Shown: positions 13,401-27,400 of the stretch, piece after piece
Layout: the number at the start of each line of letters is the position of its first letter
Numbering within the stretch: the first letter of the stretch is position 1
Origin: Geosiphon pyriformis uo1
Taxonomy: Eukaryota > Fungi > Glomeromycota
Direction: 5' to 3'
Length of the DNA stretch: 64,000 nucleotides
Assembly (NCBI GenBank): GCA_016748015.1
Contig: JAAOMT010000430.1
Coordinates: 158,125 to 222,124, forward strand
Made by a program: the position numbers and the translations under genes
The notes under the pieces: model-generated
Databases searched by the model: none
What the model was told of the DNA's origin: nothing
The model's input: only the letters and a program-made list of their open reading frames with translations

Positions 13401-16400
13401 TACTATTCTAATCATAAAACTTGAAAATCATTAAAACTTATACTGTTTTTCAAAAAAACTAAAATATTGCTAAAAGTTAAACAAAAATTTAATAGATCTA
13501 AAAAACATCTCATTACTATGTTATTATAATGTTTTTAAAATTCATTTAATATTTTAAACAAATTAACAACCTTATTATTAGACAGACTATTAATAACTAA
13601 AACCAATTTATTTATTCAGATTTTACTTATTATATTAAAAAAATATCTTCTTTTATATAACTTAATAATCTATACTAATAAAACCACAAATTAGACAACA
13701 CTATAAATACTTTTTGCTTTTTTATCTAACTTATTATAATTTTATTAATTTTAAGTTTTATTTTATTTGGTTTTAGAACCAATTTTTTCTTAACTGCCAA
13801 ATAGTTTAAAATTACTTTTAAAAAAATTATTTTAAAATACATCTTTATTATGCTCTTTTTATTAGAACTAAAACTTTTTATTTGTCTTTAAATTATTTTT
13901 TGACAGTTATATTTTTGGTTATTTTTAACTCATAATATTTAGTTTTTTTATTTTTTTTTTGATTATTAACAAGTAGCTAATAGCATTTATTAACTTTGCA
14001 CTATTTTAAAACATATTTTTAACTTTAAAAGACTTTTTATTATTAATAATAGACTATTTTTTAATAAAAAAATTACATTTAATTCTGCTATTTAAGCTTA
14101 ATTTCTTTTTAATCTTAGCAATTAGCAATTTTAATTCAAAAAACTTTAAAGATTGTTTGTTTTTTAAGTACTTAAATTTGCTAAATCAATGTCTAAAAAA
14201 TATTAAATTAGCTAAATCTATTATTATTATTTTCAATATTTACTATATAACATCCAAATTATTAAGAATTTTTATGTTTACAAACTTATTTATTATTATT
14301 AAAAGCTTAGCAAAAAAGATTTTCTTAAAACATGTTCACTTGTTATAATTAAGATTTTTAATCTTAAACTTCTATCAATTCTTATTATTATATTTCTAAA
14401 TTTTATTTAAATATTTATTTAAAAAACCACTTAAGTTAAAAGAAATTATAACAACTATATAGTTAATATTAAAAAAATTAAACACACCATTAATCTTTTA
14501 ATTAATTACAGCTATTAAAAAATATTTATTAATAAAAATATAATTTATAGTTTTTTTTACACTTTTTAAATTATTTTAAATCAGAAGTTTAACAACAAGA
14601 TTATTTGAAAGAGAATTGTACAAATCTAAATTAAAATATTTTTTCAAATTTATATTCTGCTTCATTAAATTTTTATTAAAATTACCATCTAATATTATAT
14701 AAAAACTTAAATTAATTGCTTTAGTAATGCATAAATTTATTTTACAAACTTAATCAAAATATATACTAACAAAAATTTTAGCATACAAACTCAGTATTAT
14801 TATTAAAAATTTATTGCCAAACGACAGATAGATTAAAAAAAGATGATTAGGAATTTCAAAAACTTTGTATATATACTGAGCAAAAATATTATTTATTACT
14901 ATTGTTACTTTTAAACTTAAATAACCAGTATTTGAACCAGAAATAAAAACTTTTACATCTAAAAATCTGTTTATAATTCAAAACTTAGTTTATTTTTTTA
15001 ATTTTGTCTTAATAAATATAAAAACCAAATTGCTAGAATTTTTATGTTATCTAATAACATTTTTTTGTTTAGCCAAATTGTTTATTTCTTTAATATTACA
15101 TATTATAAACTTTTAAACATAATTGGTTATTAAAGTAAAAAATATATTAGAAAGTTTAAACCAAAACATAATTAATTTAATCTTATCAAAACTAAATTAA
15201 CAAAAATTTTAAAAGCAATTATCTTTAATTTTAAGCTGTCTATCTTAATAATTAAAATCTTAGAGTTATTTATATCTAAATTTGAAGTTTTAATTATTAT
15301 TACTAAAAAAAAATAAAAAAATAATGTCTATAAGTTATCTAAAACTATATCCAAATTTAAACTTGAATTTAAAAACACAAAAACAGATAAAAAATTAAAA
15401 AGCAAAAACTAAAAGCACCAAATTTGTATTACTTAGCCTTTACACAATACTAAATACTTAATTAACCAAGAATTTCAAAAAATGTTCTAAAAAAACCAAA
15501 AAAATATCAATAAACAAACAATCTTATAAAGCAAAAAGAGTTTTATTAAAATGTAAAGTACCAAAAAAAAACAAACCAAAACTAAAACCAAAGCAAACAT
15601 TATTAAAAACAAAAGTTAATAAAACCACTTGGGCCCATAATTTGTTACCAAAACAGCAAAATATAAAATAAAAAAATTTTGTTAACATATAACTTAGCCA
15701 ACTAAAGACAATTTGCTTTTAAAACAAAATTCTTATATATTCTTAAAAATAAAAGAATAGATGCATTTGGTATATTACAATTCAGAACAGAATATTTAAA
15801 ATATTTATATTTTTCACAATAAACTATATCTAGTCTAATTGATTAATTACATGTGTTTTTTTACCAGTTTTTTTTAATAAAGCATTTAAATTATAAGCAG
15901 TTATTTTTATAGTCAAAATTAATAAAAACATTTTAAATTAATTTTTTAATATTTAAATATTGTGATTTTTTACAGTTTTGACTATATATACTAAATTTTT
16001 CTAAATAAAAATATTTATCTTAATATTAGTTAATTGGCTTAATTTGATTTGGCAAATTTTATTATAGCTTTTTATTATAGTCTAATTAACTATAACTAAA
16101 TTAATGCTATTTAACTATATTTAATTACTGTAATGACAATTATTTTTTTGGCATATTTATAAGAATTTTTTAATTACTACAGTCTAATCTGAACAGAATT
16201 TTTGTTTTTTAATATTATTATTTATTATAATGTTTTTTTTTGGCCAATAATATGGTCTTTTTTATGCTTTTCTCTAATATAAATATAGATCTGATTATTT
16301 TTTCAAATTTTAAATAAGTAGTAGCTCCTCTAAAATTATTGACTAATAAGAATAATTTTTTAATTATTTGAATTTTTACTATTGTTAATTTGTTTTTTAC

Positions 16401-16985
16401 TGTTAAAAAATTAATGTTTAAAACAAATAATTTCTTAATAGCTATTTCTATTTGAGTTTTAATAATCTTAAAGTTGATTTAATTTCTATTTAAGAACACT
16501 AAAAAATGAGAAAAAAGCATAACTTTATTATTATCTAAGATGTATTTCAAAATACTAATAGAAGACTTAATTATTTTACAAATATTAAATCTTTTGGCTT
16601 TTGAAGTGTTTATTTTTATTATTAGTTTTAAACCACTCTTAATATTCGTAAAAAAAACTATTAATATCTTTTTATCTGTATTTATTCCAGTAAATTGTTT
16701 AAATATTTACTTAGTTTTACCAAAATTTATATTTGTTTTATTACTAAAATGTTTAATATTATCTAAAAATATTTTTTGTTTTTAAGTCAAGCTTCTATTA
16801 ACAGATCTCAATACCATAATTTTAGTTGGTTTTTTTTAACAATAAAACTATTTATAGTAACAGTTAATTTAAAAACAAAAAGATTTATTTCTTAAAAAAT
16901 AATAAAATATATAATAAAAAAACAAAAAAAATCTTTTTTCAAAAATTTGTTTCTTTGAAAATTTGGAATAAAGAAAAGAAAAAAA
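10440..16985 (-). mobile_element. Ancient, apparently full-length LINE fossil (ORF1 + APE-RT-RNaseH ORF2), extremely AT-eroded
   Basis: The 3' UTR at ~10460-10580 aligns with the 3' UTR at 18080-18200. The interior is colinear with the 18-23 kb LINE (e.g. ORF 11937-12140 VKIFLNNQIFLINNL). The 5' end near 16950-16985 resembles the 5' UTR at 63030-63080. Confidence 0.75.
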
Positions 16986-18049
16986 TTATTAATTAAATAT
17001 TAATATTATAAATAATATAATAACTAAAATTTAAAATATACTAAAAAATAAAAATAATTATAAATAATATTAATAAAAAATATTTTGTAATTAAATAAAC
17101 AAAAACTTAAAAACTATTTTTATTTTTGTATTAAATTTATTTTATTGTAAATAAAAATTACTATTTTAACTTATAAATTTAAATTATTATTATTATTATT
17201 AAAATAATATTATAAATTAATAGTAGCTAATATATAAAAACATAATAATAATATAAAATACATGATTAAATAATCTTTAATCAGATTTATAAAGTAATGT
17301 ATTTTTATAAAAAATATGTAATCCAAAAAAATTTTTAATAAAAACAATAAGTTATTAATTATAAAAAACTTTTTAAATTTATAAATATTTTATTTTTATT
17401 TTTTTTTGTTTTTTGATACTATTTTTAATAGTATTTGAAAAACAATTTTTAGTTTTTAAAATTTTTTTAAATAAATAGTATTTATTTTAGTGTTTAATAT
17501 TATTTTTAAGATTAAATTAGTTTTAGTTAATTTTTTGTTTAATTTATTGTCTGGTTTTATTAAATTAAAATTTTTATTGATAATTTTATTTTTTTAACTA
17601 TATTTAAGATTATAAAATCTTTTATAGTGGTTTTTGTTTTTTTGTTGTATTTTATAATATTTCTTTTAACATATTTTCTTATAACATTAAAAATATTTTT
17701 AATGTTTTTGATATTATTATTTTGATTAAGTTAAAGTTTATTAACTTGTAATAATATATTATTATTTATTTTAAAAATTTTTTTTCTGTTATTGTTATTA
17801 CTATTGCTTATTAAATAATATTAATAAAAAAATAGTATTAATTTTTTTTTGGCTTATTTAAAAAGAAGTTAATATTTTAAAATCATTTTTAAATCCAAAT
17901 TAATTAATTTTTTTTTGGTTATATTGTTTTTAAAATTAGGTATTTGATTTTTTAAGTTAATAGTCATAATTGTTTTATTTTCTGTTTTTTAATTATTATT
18001 GTTATTAATATTTTGTTGTTATAACTTTTAAGTTTTTAATAATTTTAAA

Positions 18050-21000
18050 TTTTTTTATTTTTTATTAATGCAATTAATGAATGAAGCTCAACCACTATCT
18101 AGTACACAAAACCAGACTAAGTGACCCAAACTAAATACAACTTACATACTTGCTACATGTGGCTAGCCATTCAGATCAGACAAGACAACACTACACTCCT
18201 ATATAAATCTGCACAATACCACTCAAACCAGAAAAGAAATTACATGGCTTATGATAATCAAAGCTAACAGCAAAAGACTCAATTACACCAAGCAATTTAA
18301 CCATATTATTAAACAAAAATGAAGACACACTATAAGACAGCCTGGAAATCATATTATTATCATGAACCAAATCAATCTACTCTATATCTATTCTATGACC
18401 AGACCTTATCAACTATGTCTTTATGCAATGCAACTTTACAACAAATCTCATATAATTAACAATCTAGGTATTTATCTCTTTCTTATTATTGAAAGCACTA
18501 TAAGCCTCTTCACATTATTCTTTCAACACAAATCTCTTACATATTACAGTATACAATCCAATATCCAAGAAGCATTGAGACAGAACTCACAAAATAACAG
18601 AAGCAGATAAAATAGAACTATTAGCCAAAACAAACCAATGCACAGAAGCTTCAGCCAAGACTTCACTACACACACCAACATTATAAGCATAAGTAAAAGT
18701 GTGATCAGAGAATTCCACCTCATTACACAATAAACACAACATACTAAAGTAATACTTGCTATATATTTTTTTTTTAACTGTTACTGACAGCCACTTGTGC
18801 ACAGCTTTTATCAGGTATGTGTGCAGGTTAGAAGATTTCTGATTAGTAAACTCAATAAGCATATGAGAATTAGGATACCATACCTTCATTGTAGCAATCC
18901 AGTTTACACACCTGATTAGCACATGTGAAACCACATTGCTACCAGGACTAGCTTCCCAACAGGCACAACAAACTGACTGAAAAATATCCCTAACAAAATG
19001 GCAAGCATTACCAAAAACAAGTGTGTTCTTAGCTACCAAAAAGTGCTTGCATACTTCAGCCAACAATAAAAAAAGAGAATAAGCAGTCACATTCACCACC
19101 AAATCTGCCACCACATTACCAAAAACTCCTAAATGTCCTTTAATCTTGACTCAAGCCACACTTAGATTCTTTTTCTTGATTAAATTAAAAATATGATGTC
19201 TCTTAATCCAGCACAGGTTGTGAAAATCAGGCACAACAGAAGACAATTCAGTTATATAAGCATTAATAGCAGCCTGGCTGTTAAGATGCACAGACACTAT
19301 ACTAGAAGATAAGACACACTCTAAGGACAAAGCAACAGTCTGCAACTTGGCCATAGTAAAAGACACAAGACCACAAACTGAAACATTAATACATAGATTC
19401 AAAACCAGAAAATAAGCAGCTGCCTCATTAACAACATCAGCAAAGCCAGCATCTTTCAATAACTCATCAATGAACACTTTAAAGAAATCAGACCAAATCT
19501 TATGCAAACCATTCTTTACAACAGAAAACTTATCAGACCCAAGAATGTCCATATCACATAACTAATTGGGTTTTGCAGAACCAGACAAAAAAAAACCTAA
19601 ACCTAACAAATGCTCAGATGCAATCACAAACCAATAAGAAACAGAACCATGTGGATCCAGTCTCTTCCAATGACAAAAAGTTTTCTAATTCAACACCCCA
19701 TTCTTTTTATCAAAAAGTTGATCACCAAAAGCAATCCCAAAACACCTTAGAGAACAAACAGGATTAAAGCACAAGGACTTTTCAAGGACCAATAACAGTG
19801 AAAAATGACCAGGAATATGAAAAACATTTGAAAGATTGTTTACTAAGAAGAACTCATTATCCAAAAAAATTTTCACCAATTCTGCTAAAAAATTATTTAC
19901 TGGATTAATATGAAGCTTGACAGAAAACTGTAAAGAATTCAAAAGAGTCCAACTCAGAACCTGCAAGTCCAAAAATCTATGACTAAACAAGTGTCCAAAA
20001 ATGTCCAAAGCATTGAAAAAAAAGACCAAAACAGCCATCTTTACTTTAGACTGCACTTGCATAAAAGATTTCAGACTATACAAGGGAGGATAATGTAAAG
20101 CCATATCAGAAAAGTCATTGAACAGACATACTTTTAGCTTGAAATCTTTTCTTATTATAACATCTCACTTGTGACACATATTTGATAAAATAAAACTGAA
20201 TTGAGTTCAGTAATTGATTATAGGCTACAAGACAGCTAACACCAAATAAAAGAATTGCTTATCTGTAATAGTCTTCTAAAGCACAACATTAACAAAAAAA
20301 TAAACATTAGAATGAGTTTTGACAACACTCAGCTTGAACAAGCCATTAATAGACAAAAAAATTTCCAAATAATGATGAGTTTCACCTCTCTTGACAATTG
20401 TAATTGATTGACCACAAATATTCAATGAAGCAATTTTAATTTCTTGATTGATGAGGATAGCCACTGTTTTTTTATTGTTGATAAAAATGTCATTGATTTT
20501 AAAAAACTTAGTGGCAATGTCCAAAGCAAACTGAGTAGATGTCTGACAGTTCCCAATCCAAATAGTGTCATCAACAAATGCATCTACTGCAAAATAAGAA
20601 ATTATCTTACTACTAGTCTCAATTCTGCCTGTTTTAGAAATGAACTTAGTATCAATACAGTACTCATACAAATGTTCATGCCTCTTAACTTTACACAAGA
20701 GTGGATTATAAAAAATCTGCTACAGAAAAGGTGAAAAAAACCTTATTCTAATCTAACTTATCATGTATTCTATAACTATTTGACAAACCAAAATCAGTTA
20801 TCACTCTGTTAACTCTATTTTCATGTATACTACCAAAAAAATTGATAAATCTTTTATACATTTTGACATGCTGCAAGCTATTTTTCAAGTGGTGCCATCC
20901 AACTGAATTATAAGCTTTCTGTATATCTTGTAAGGCCAACCAAATTTCCTTATTCTTTTCAAAAACATCTTCAATCATTGACCCAACAGCAAACACTAAA

Positions 21001-23408
21001 GACTGCATAGATGTACCTCTTAATACTGAAAAGTTATTATCCTGGAAGACATTGAATCTGTTATATGCCAATAAAATACAATCAGACAAAATTTTTGATA
21101 GAATTTTCCTGGCAGTTTTGATTAAAGCTATGGGTTAGGTGTTCATAAGAACCCCATTCCAGTTGTAAGATTTAGGGATTATTGATACCCAAGCCCTCTT
21201 CCATAACACAGACACATCACCAAAAGTCAAACATGTATTTAGCAGCACCAAAAGGCATTCCAACACTATTTTACTACCATGTTTCCATAATTTATTAGGA
21301 ATATCAGATAAGCCAGTGGCTTTATCATCAGGCAGACTACCAACAACTGAAAGCAACTTACTCATACTGACTGCACACATCACACCAGAAAAAGCATCAT
21401 TCCTAATATAGATTAAAGGTATATATTAGTAAGTCCAGTGATTAGATAAAACCGAAAGTACTGAATGTTTCTTTGTCCAACCTTCCATAATCTTATTCAC
21501 ACTCAATTTTATTTCTTTCAGCTCCAAAACCAGTTCATTATTTACCACCAAGTGATCCAGAACCACCTTGCAAAAAGGCCACTCCAAAATGCTTTGAATT
21601 ATACTATCTTTATTGGAACAAAAATTTTCCATATGTCTTGCAACCATCTTTCTAATAGAAGCTTTCTTAGCCAGCCTTGATTTATGCATTTTAAACTTTC
21701 TGTATTCTTTACAAGCTAATGATAAATGTTTGAGAACCACCACAGATTTTACCTCTGAACACATCACATTAGTAAAAGCATGAGCCTTAGTGTCATCCAA
21801 AGTCGACCATATTCTTATGAGATAATTAACTTTAGACATGTCACTAGAGCTAAATTTCCTAACAACTTTGGCAATCAAAAATTCCAAACCAAAAAACTTA
21901 GAAGAGTGTTTATTTCTTAAACACTGAAATTCACTAAACCAATGTCTTAAAAAAACTTTATTAGTTGATTTCACCATTATTCTCTCCAAAATTGCTCACA
22001 TTACCATAGGATTCAGCATCAGAGAATTTGTCAGCAATAATCAAAAGCTTAGCAAAAGAGCAATTTTTAAATTTAGCCCATTTGAAGCTATCAGCATCTT
22101 TGATTTTAATCTTCCAATGATTCTTGTTAGTCTGTTTATGCAAACTATTTAAACAAACATTCAAGAGCCCATCTAAGCCAATTGAAACCAAGACAACATT
22201 GTAATTAATGTCAAAGAAATTGGACACAGAGCAGACCTAATCACCAACAACAGCAGAAGATAAATTCTCATTAACAAAAATGTAATCAATTGTTTTCTCA
22301 ACTTCTCTAGAATTGCTCCATGTGAAAAAGTCTACCAACTAATAGCTGGCAAATGAATTGACCAAACCCAAATTTATACAGAACTTAAAGCTCACACTTT
22401 TTTCAGACCTATTTTTATTAAAATCCCCACTCAAAATCACAAAAGTGCTGAAGTTGACTGTCTTCACAATTAAAGAGTTTACCTCTAAAGCTTGACCAAA
22501 CCTAGTTCCAGAAGAAGCACCAGCATAAAAACCCAAAATTATAATCAAAAGCTTGCCTTTAAATAAAAACTGAACCAAAAAAACTTGACTAAGAACTTCT
22601 TTTATCTTAAACACATAATAAGCCAAAGAATTGTTCATAATTACAGCCACTTCAGCACCAAGGAATTTTTTATTCAAACCAGACATAAAGGCACACACAC
22701 ACTCAAATTTATTAACAATTCAAGACTTGACACAAGACTGCAATTTAGTTTTCATAATAAAAGACACAAAACTACCAGAATTTACATGTCAACAGACAAT
22801 GTTTACTTGTTTTGTAGAAACATTGATACCTCAGACATTACATGTAGCAAATTTCCAGACCAAATTATTTATGAAAGGGAAAGATTAATAAGAAACCAGA
22901 ACTCAAACACAAGATATTCAATTTTGCCAAGACTGAATTGACTGACACTTCCAGGACTACCATTTTTGATTTCAAACCACTTATCTTAGAGATTAGAATC
23001 TTTGAACTGCTTGGACCAAATTTATCAATAGACTTGTCAATAATAACTGAGAGAAAAAAAGCAACAGATGACAACACATCATTTACAGCCATATTCGAAT
23101 CTAAAACCAAAGCCACAAGCACAAAAACAGTCAAAGGAGAAGCACAGAAGAAAGATACCAATAGTGCCAATTCAACAAAACTCAACTTTCTTAAAATGCC
23201 AAAAATCTGGTTAGACAAAAGCTCTAAAAAGTGTTCTAAGAACACCAAACAATCATTTAAACAAGAAATTTCAAGAGAATTGGAATTAAACAGAAGTGGC
23301 TTCACACCCAAAGATGAGCCAGCACCAGAAACAACTAAAAAAAGCATGTGAGAAGAAGCACTACCAACAATCTGAGCCCAAGTTTTACCACCAAAAAAAA
23401 CTGGACAA
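18050..23408 (-). mobile_element. LINE, 3' segment: ORF1 C-terminus, ORF2 (APE endonuclease, RT, RNase H, CCHC), 3' UTR and A-rich tail
   Basis: WKFATCNV start of APE at ~22855, LSGDFN, IDYIFV; RT AFVDDTIW (ORF 20276-20698); RNase H (ORF 19151-19552); CLLCNEVEFSDH (ORF 18587-19114); T-rich tail complement at ~18050-18065. Confidence 0.92.
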
Positions 23409-24452
23409 TGTTATGAGTAAACTTAATAGGGTAGGGAGATAGTAATGTTTGGTGTTCTCAATTATTGGTAAGGCATGTTTCGTGTAATTCTGGTGGCTTA
23501 ATTTTGATTATCAGTCTTTGAAAGTCTTTTTTTCTGGTTGTAAATTTACCCATTGAGTTTTTTGGTTATAAGGCACAGAGTTTTGGTTTTTGTTGATTGC
23601 AACTTTTTATAAAGGTAAGCTTTTTTCTCTGAGCTAACAAGCACAGTTATTAGGGTCTGATATTGTCTTTTTACTCTTTTGGTAAGCTATCAAGATAATG
23701 TTAATATCTAAAAACTTAGGGAGAGCTTTTCTCTTTTACCAGGCTATTATGAAGTCTATTCTCAGACAGTCAATTTTACTATGTTGTTGCTTTACAAGAG
23801 AAAAATAAAAGAAAAAAAAAGAAAATAAAAGAAAAAAAAAAAAATAAAAGAAAAAGATAAATAAGTATTGTTAATTGTCATAATCAAGAGCAATTAGTCC
23901 AAATCATTAATAGTTCAAAGTGGTTATGCTAAAAACATCTGTCCTGAAACAAAGATATGAAACAATAGTTAATTCATGTAAATTCCACAAAGTTTGAGAA
24001 CATGAATTTGTAATTTTGATTTCTTAATAATTGATTTATTTCAGAAGATGAATATAGAATATAATAAATAATGAAAGAGTATGGATATTTGATTCTTGTT
24101 TAGTGGTTTGTATCTATTTGTCCTGTTTTTTTCTATCTTCTACAACTACTTACTTTTATACATTTTTTTGGTTTTATAGAATTGTTTCTGATTGTTTTAT
24201 TATTGCTAACTATTGCTTTGTTATTTCTGTTATTGCTTTGTTTTTCTATGTTATTACTAGTTATCCTATGTTATAACATATTATCTGGTATTATTACATG
24301 TTATTCTGTGTTATTCTATATTATAACACATTATTCTGTACTATCTTAAGTTATAATGCATTATTCAACATTATTGTACACTATTCTGTGTTATGTCATG
24401 TTTTGGTCACGTTTCTTCATAACTTTGGATCAGTTTTTCTACTCAGATAACA
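23409..24452 (-). repeat. 3' LTR of element B
   Basis: Direct repeat of 43205-44248, adjacent to the PPT. Confidence 0.93.
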
Positions 24453-27400
24453 TTATTTCTCTCTTTTAGAATTGAGCTTCTGTGAAATTATATGTATCTG
24501 TTCCTATGTCTTTGTTTGTGTAATGTTTGATGGTCATGTCGAGTATTGTTTTTCGTAGGTCTTCAAACTGTTAATTGGTTATTTGTCCTATGTTGTTAAC
24601 TATTATAGTCTTTATAGATCCATACAATAGTATATTTGAACAATGTTGGAAAGTAACATGTAATCAGTATGCTGCTTTATATATAGGATTAGGTTGCTTC
24701 TTTTTATGAATTTTTCTACTTGTTGCATTGTTTCTTTATTGAAAGTTTTTTGGCTAAAGTCTCTATATGGTATCTTTAAGTCTAATTGTTCACCTATTTT
24801 GTAGAACCAATAAGCTGGAAGAAGTCTTTCTTTCTATTCTTTTGCATTGTCTAGTGTCTATTCTTTTGTTTCAGGAAATCAATCCCATGAGATAAAACTT
24901 CTTTAATTTTTTTGAGCTCAGGGACCAAGTATTTTCTTTTATAAACTTTTTCTCATTCCTCCACTCTTTCTTCAAGCTCCACTCAAGACAATTTAATTTC
25001 TTTTTGTAAAATTCCTTTCTTGGGCAAAGTGTAGGGATAGAAATAGTTAGTTCTAGTTGAACTTACACCTATCTCTTTCTTGCTTCTATCTTTATAGCAT
25101 ATTTTTTTTCTATTGATTGTCACTTCTATTTGAGCAGAAGATTATTGAATTGTATCAAATAGTTGTTTCGAAAGTTGTAGAATTTAATCTGACAAGTTCA
25201 TGTTAAAAGTTCTATTATTTCTTGCTGTTTTTCAAATGCTATATATATTTGAATTTCCTAATTTAATTTGCTGCATGTTGTCTATGTTTTGATGATGATG
25301 ATTGGTCCCAGATCTTGTGGTATATCTTCTGGTCTGATTAATGAAATTTGTATTCTTAGTTGAAGTACTAATAATGATGATTTTTGTTTTACATGATAAA
25401 TTTTTAACCAATTTTCATGTATTACTTTCTTTAAAATCCTGTCTTCCAATCGTAATTTGTAAGCTCTATTTTCTAAAGCTTTGTGTATATGGAATAGACC
25501 ATTCTACTTTGGGTTGAACTTTTCATTCCACTGTTTCTTAGCTTTTGTACGATGTAATAATACTTGGTCTCCAATCTTAAATTTCATTGGTTGTTCTAGT
25601 AGGTAATTATTATGCCTTTCTTTTTGTTGTTCTTAAGTGTAACTAATATTGTCAGCTGCTGTTCTTTAATTGTTTTCCAATGTTTTTATTAGCTGATATG
25701 TTCTTTGGTGTAAAATAGCTTCAAAATTCTTTTTGTTGATTTTTTTGTTGAGTATGATGATATTACTTGTTCAATTGGTAACATAGTTTTTCTTTCATAG
25801 ACTAGTTTGAATGGTATAAACTGAGTCATATTTTGTTTTAATGTTTAGTATGCAAAGAGTACAAAAGATATGAATAAGTCCCATTTTTATTTGTTTTTAT
25901 GACTTATTTTTGCTAGTATTTCACACAGTGTTTGGTTAAATCATTCTACCAGTTTATTTATTTGTGGATGGTATGGTAATAATAAAAATCACTTTATTCT
26001 AAACTGTTGCTTAATTCAGTTAACATATTATTAACAAAATGTGTTCTCTAATCAGATAATAATTCTTTCAGGCATCCATGTCAGCAAATTAGGTCTTGAT
26101 GCACAAATTTGGCTATTGTTTTGGTGTTGGCCACTTGGATTGCTCTGGCTTTTAGCCATTTTGTAAGATAATCTATAGCTACAGCAATATAATGATTTCC
26201 TTTGGATATTATAAAGAAAGAACCAACCAAATTGATTCCAATTTTATCAAATAGATTTCCAACTGGAATGGGTTAAAGTGGTTCTATTGTTCTGGCTCCT
26301 TCTCTTCACTGACATAAATCATAATTAAGCACATATTCAAAAATGTCTTTGTACATTGTTGGCCAATAGTATAAATTTAGAGTTCTTTTAAGAGTGGCAT
26401 CTTTGTTAAAGTGTTTTGCAATTGGATCAGAATACATACTATGTAATATAGTTTCCTTTTCATTGTTTTTTATAACTCGTTGTGGGGTGGGGCAGTTTTA
26501 ATGTTTTTGTCGATATAGTTGATTGTCTTAAATAAAATAATTTCGGGCTTGTTTTCATATAGTACTTTGTTCCTATTGAAATAATATTTCCTTGAAACAT
26601 AGTGTCAATAAGTACTAATGTAGTCATTGATAAGTAAATGTGTCCATGGGTCTGGGATTAGTTTTGTGGTATTCTCAACAAACTGTTGGCATTGGTGTTC
26701 TTAGATTCTTCCTTGTAATAGACTTTAAGTGAAAATTGCTGCAGATAAGTATTTCATCTTGCATATTTTCCTTCCAGTTGTGGGTTATTGAGTAACCAGA
26801 TAAGTTCCTTATAATCTGTATATAGGTCAAATGGTTGACTGAGGTAGTGTTTTCACATTTGTACTGCCCAATAGATGGCGAGGCATTCTAGATCTATTGT
26901 GCTGTAGATTTTTTCAGCTGGATTTGTGCTATAACTAGCATATATAATTGGATGTTCCCTGTTGTCTGGTCTTATTTGCAACAAGACAGCTTCTAGTGTA
27001 TTCTTTGAGGCATCTGTAGTGACAATGAAATGTTTAGTGAAATTGGAGTAGATCAATATTGGAGATATAATTAATTACTGCTTAAGATAGTCAAAGGCTT
27101 TTTGTTGATCTTCTTTCCACAGATATGGCATGTATTTGGACAACAAGTGGTGAAAAAGTTTTGTAATAATTGAAAATATTTTGACGAATTGGCAGTAGTA
27201 TCCTGTCAAATTTAAAAATTCTCATAACTCTTAAAGATTGATTAGGGCTGAAAAATCTTTAACTTTTTAGACTTTGCTTGGATCAAATTTGACTCTGTTT
27301 TTGCTAATCACGTGTTCTAAGAATTTCAACTTGGTTTTTTCAAAGAAACATTTCTCAGGATTGAGTTTTAATCCAGCATTTTGAAGGTGTTCAAAAACTT

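Noticed and set aside
16990-18050. Extremely AT-rich tracts (also 6800-7800, 9900-10440 and 62500-63030) as centromere, origin or organellar DNA
   Set aside because: They show faint similarity to eroded Gypsy or LINE pieces and are best explained as terminally decayed repeats; too degraded to annotate.
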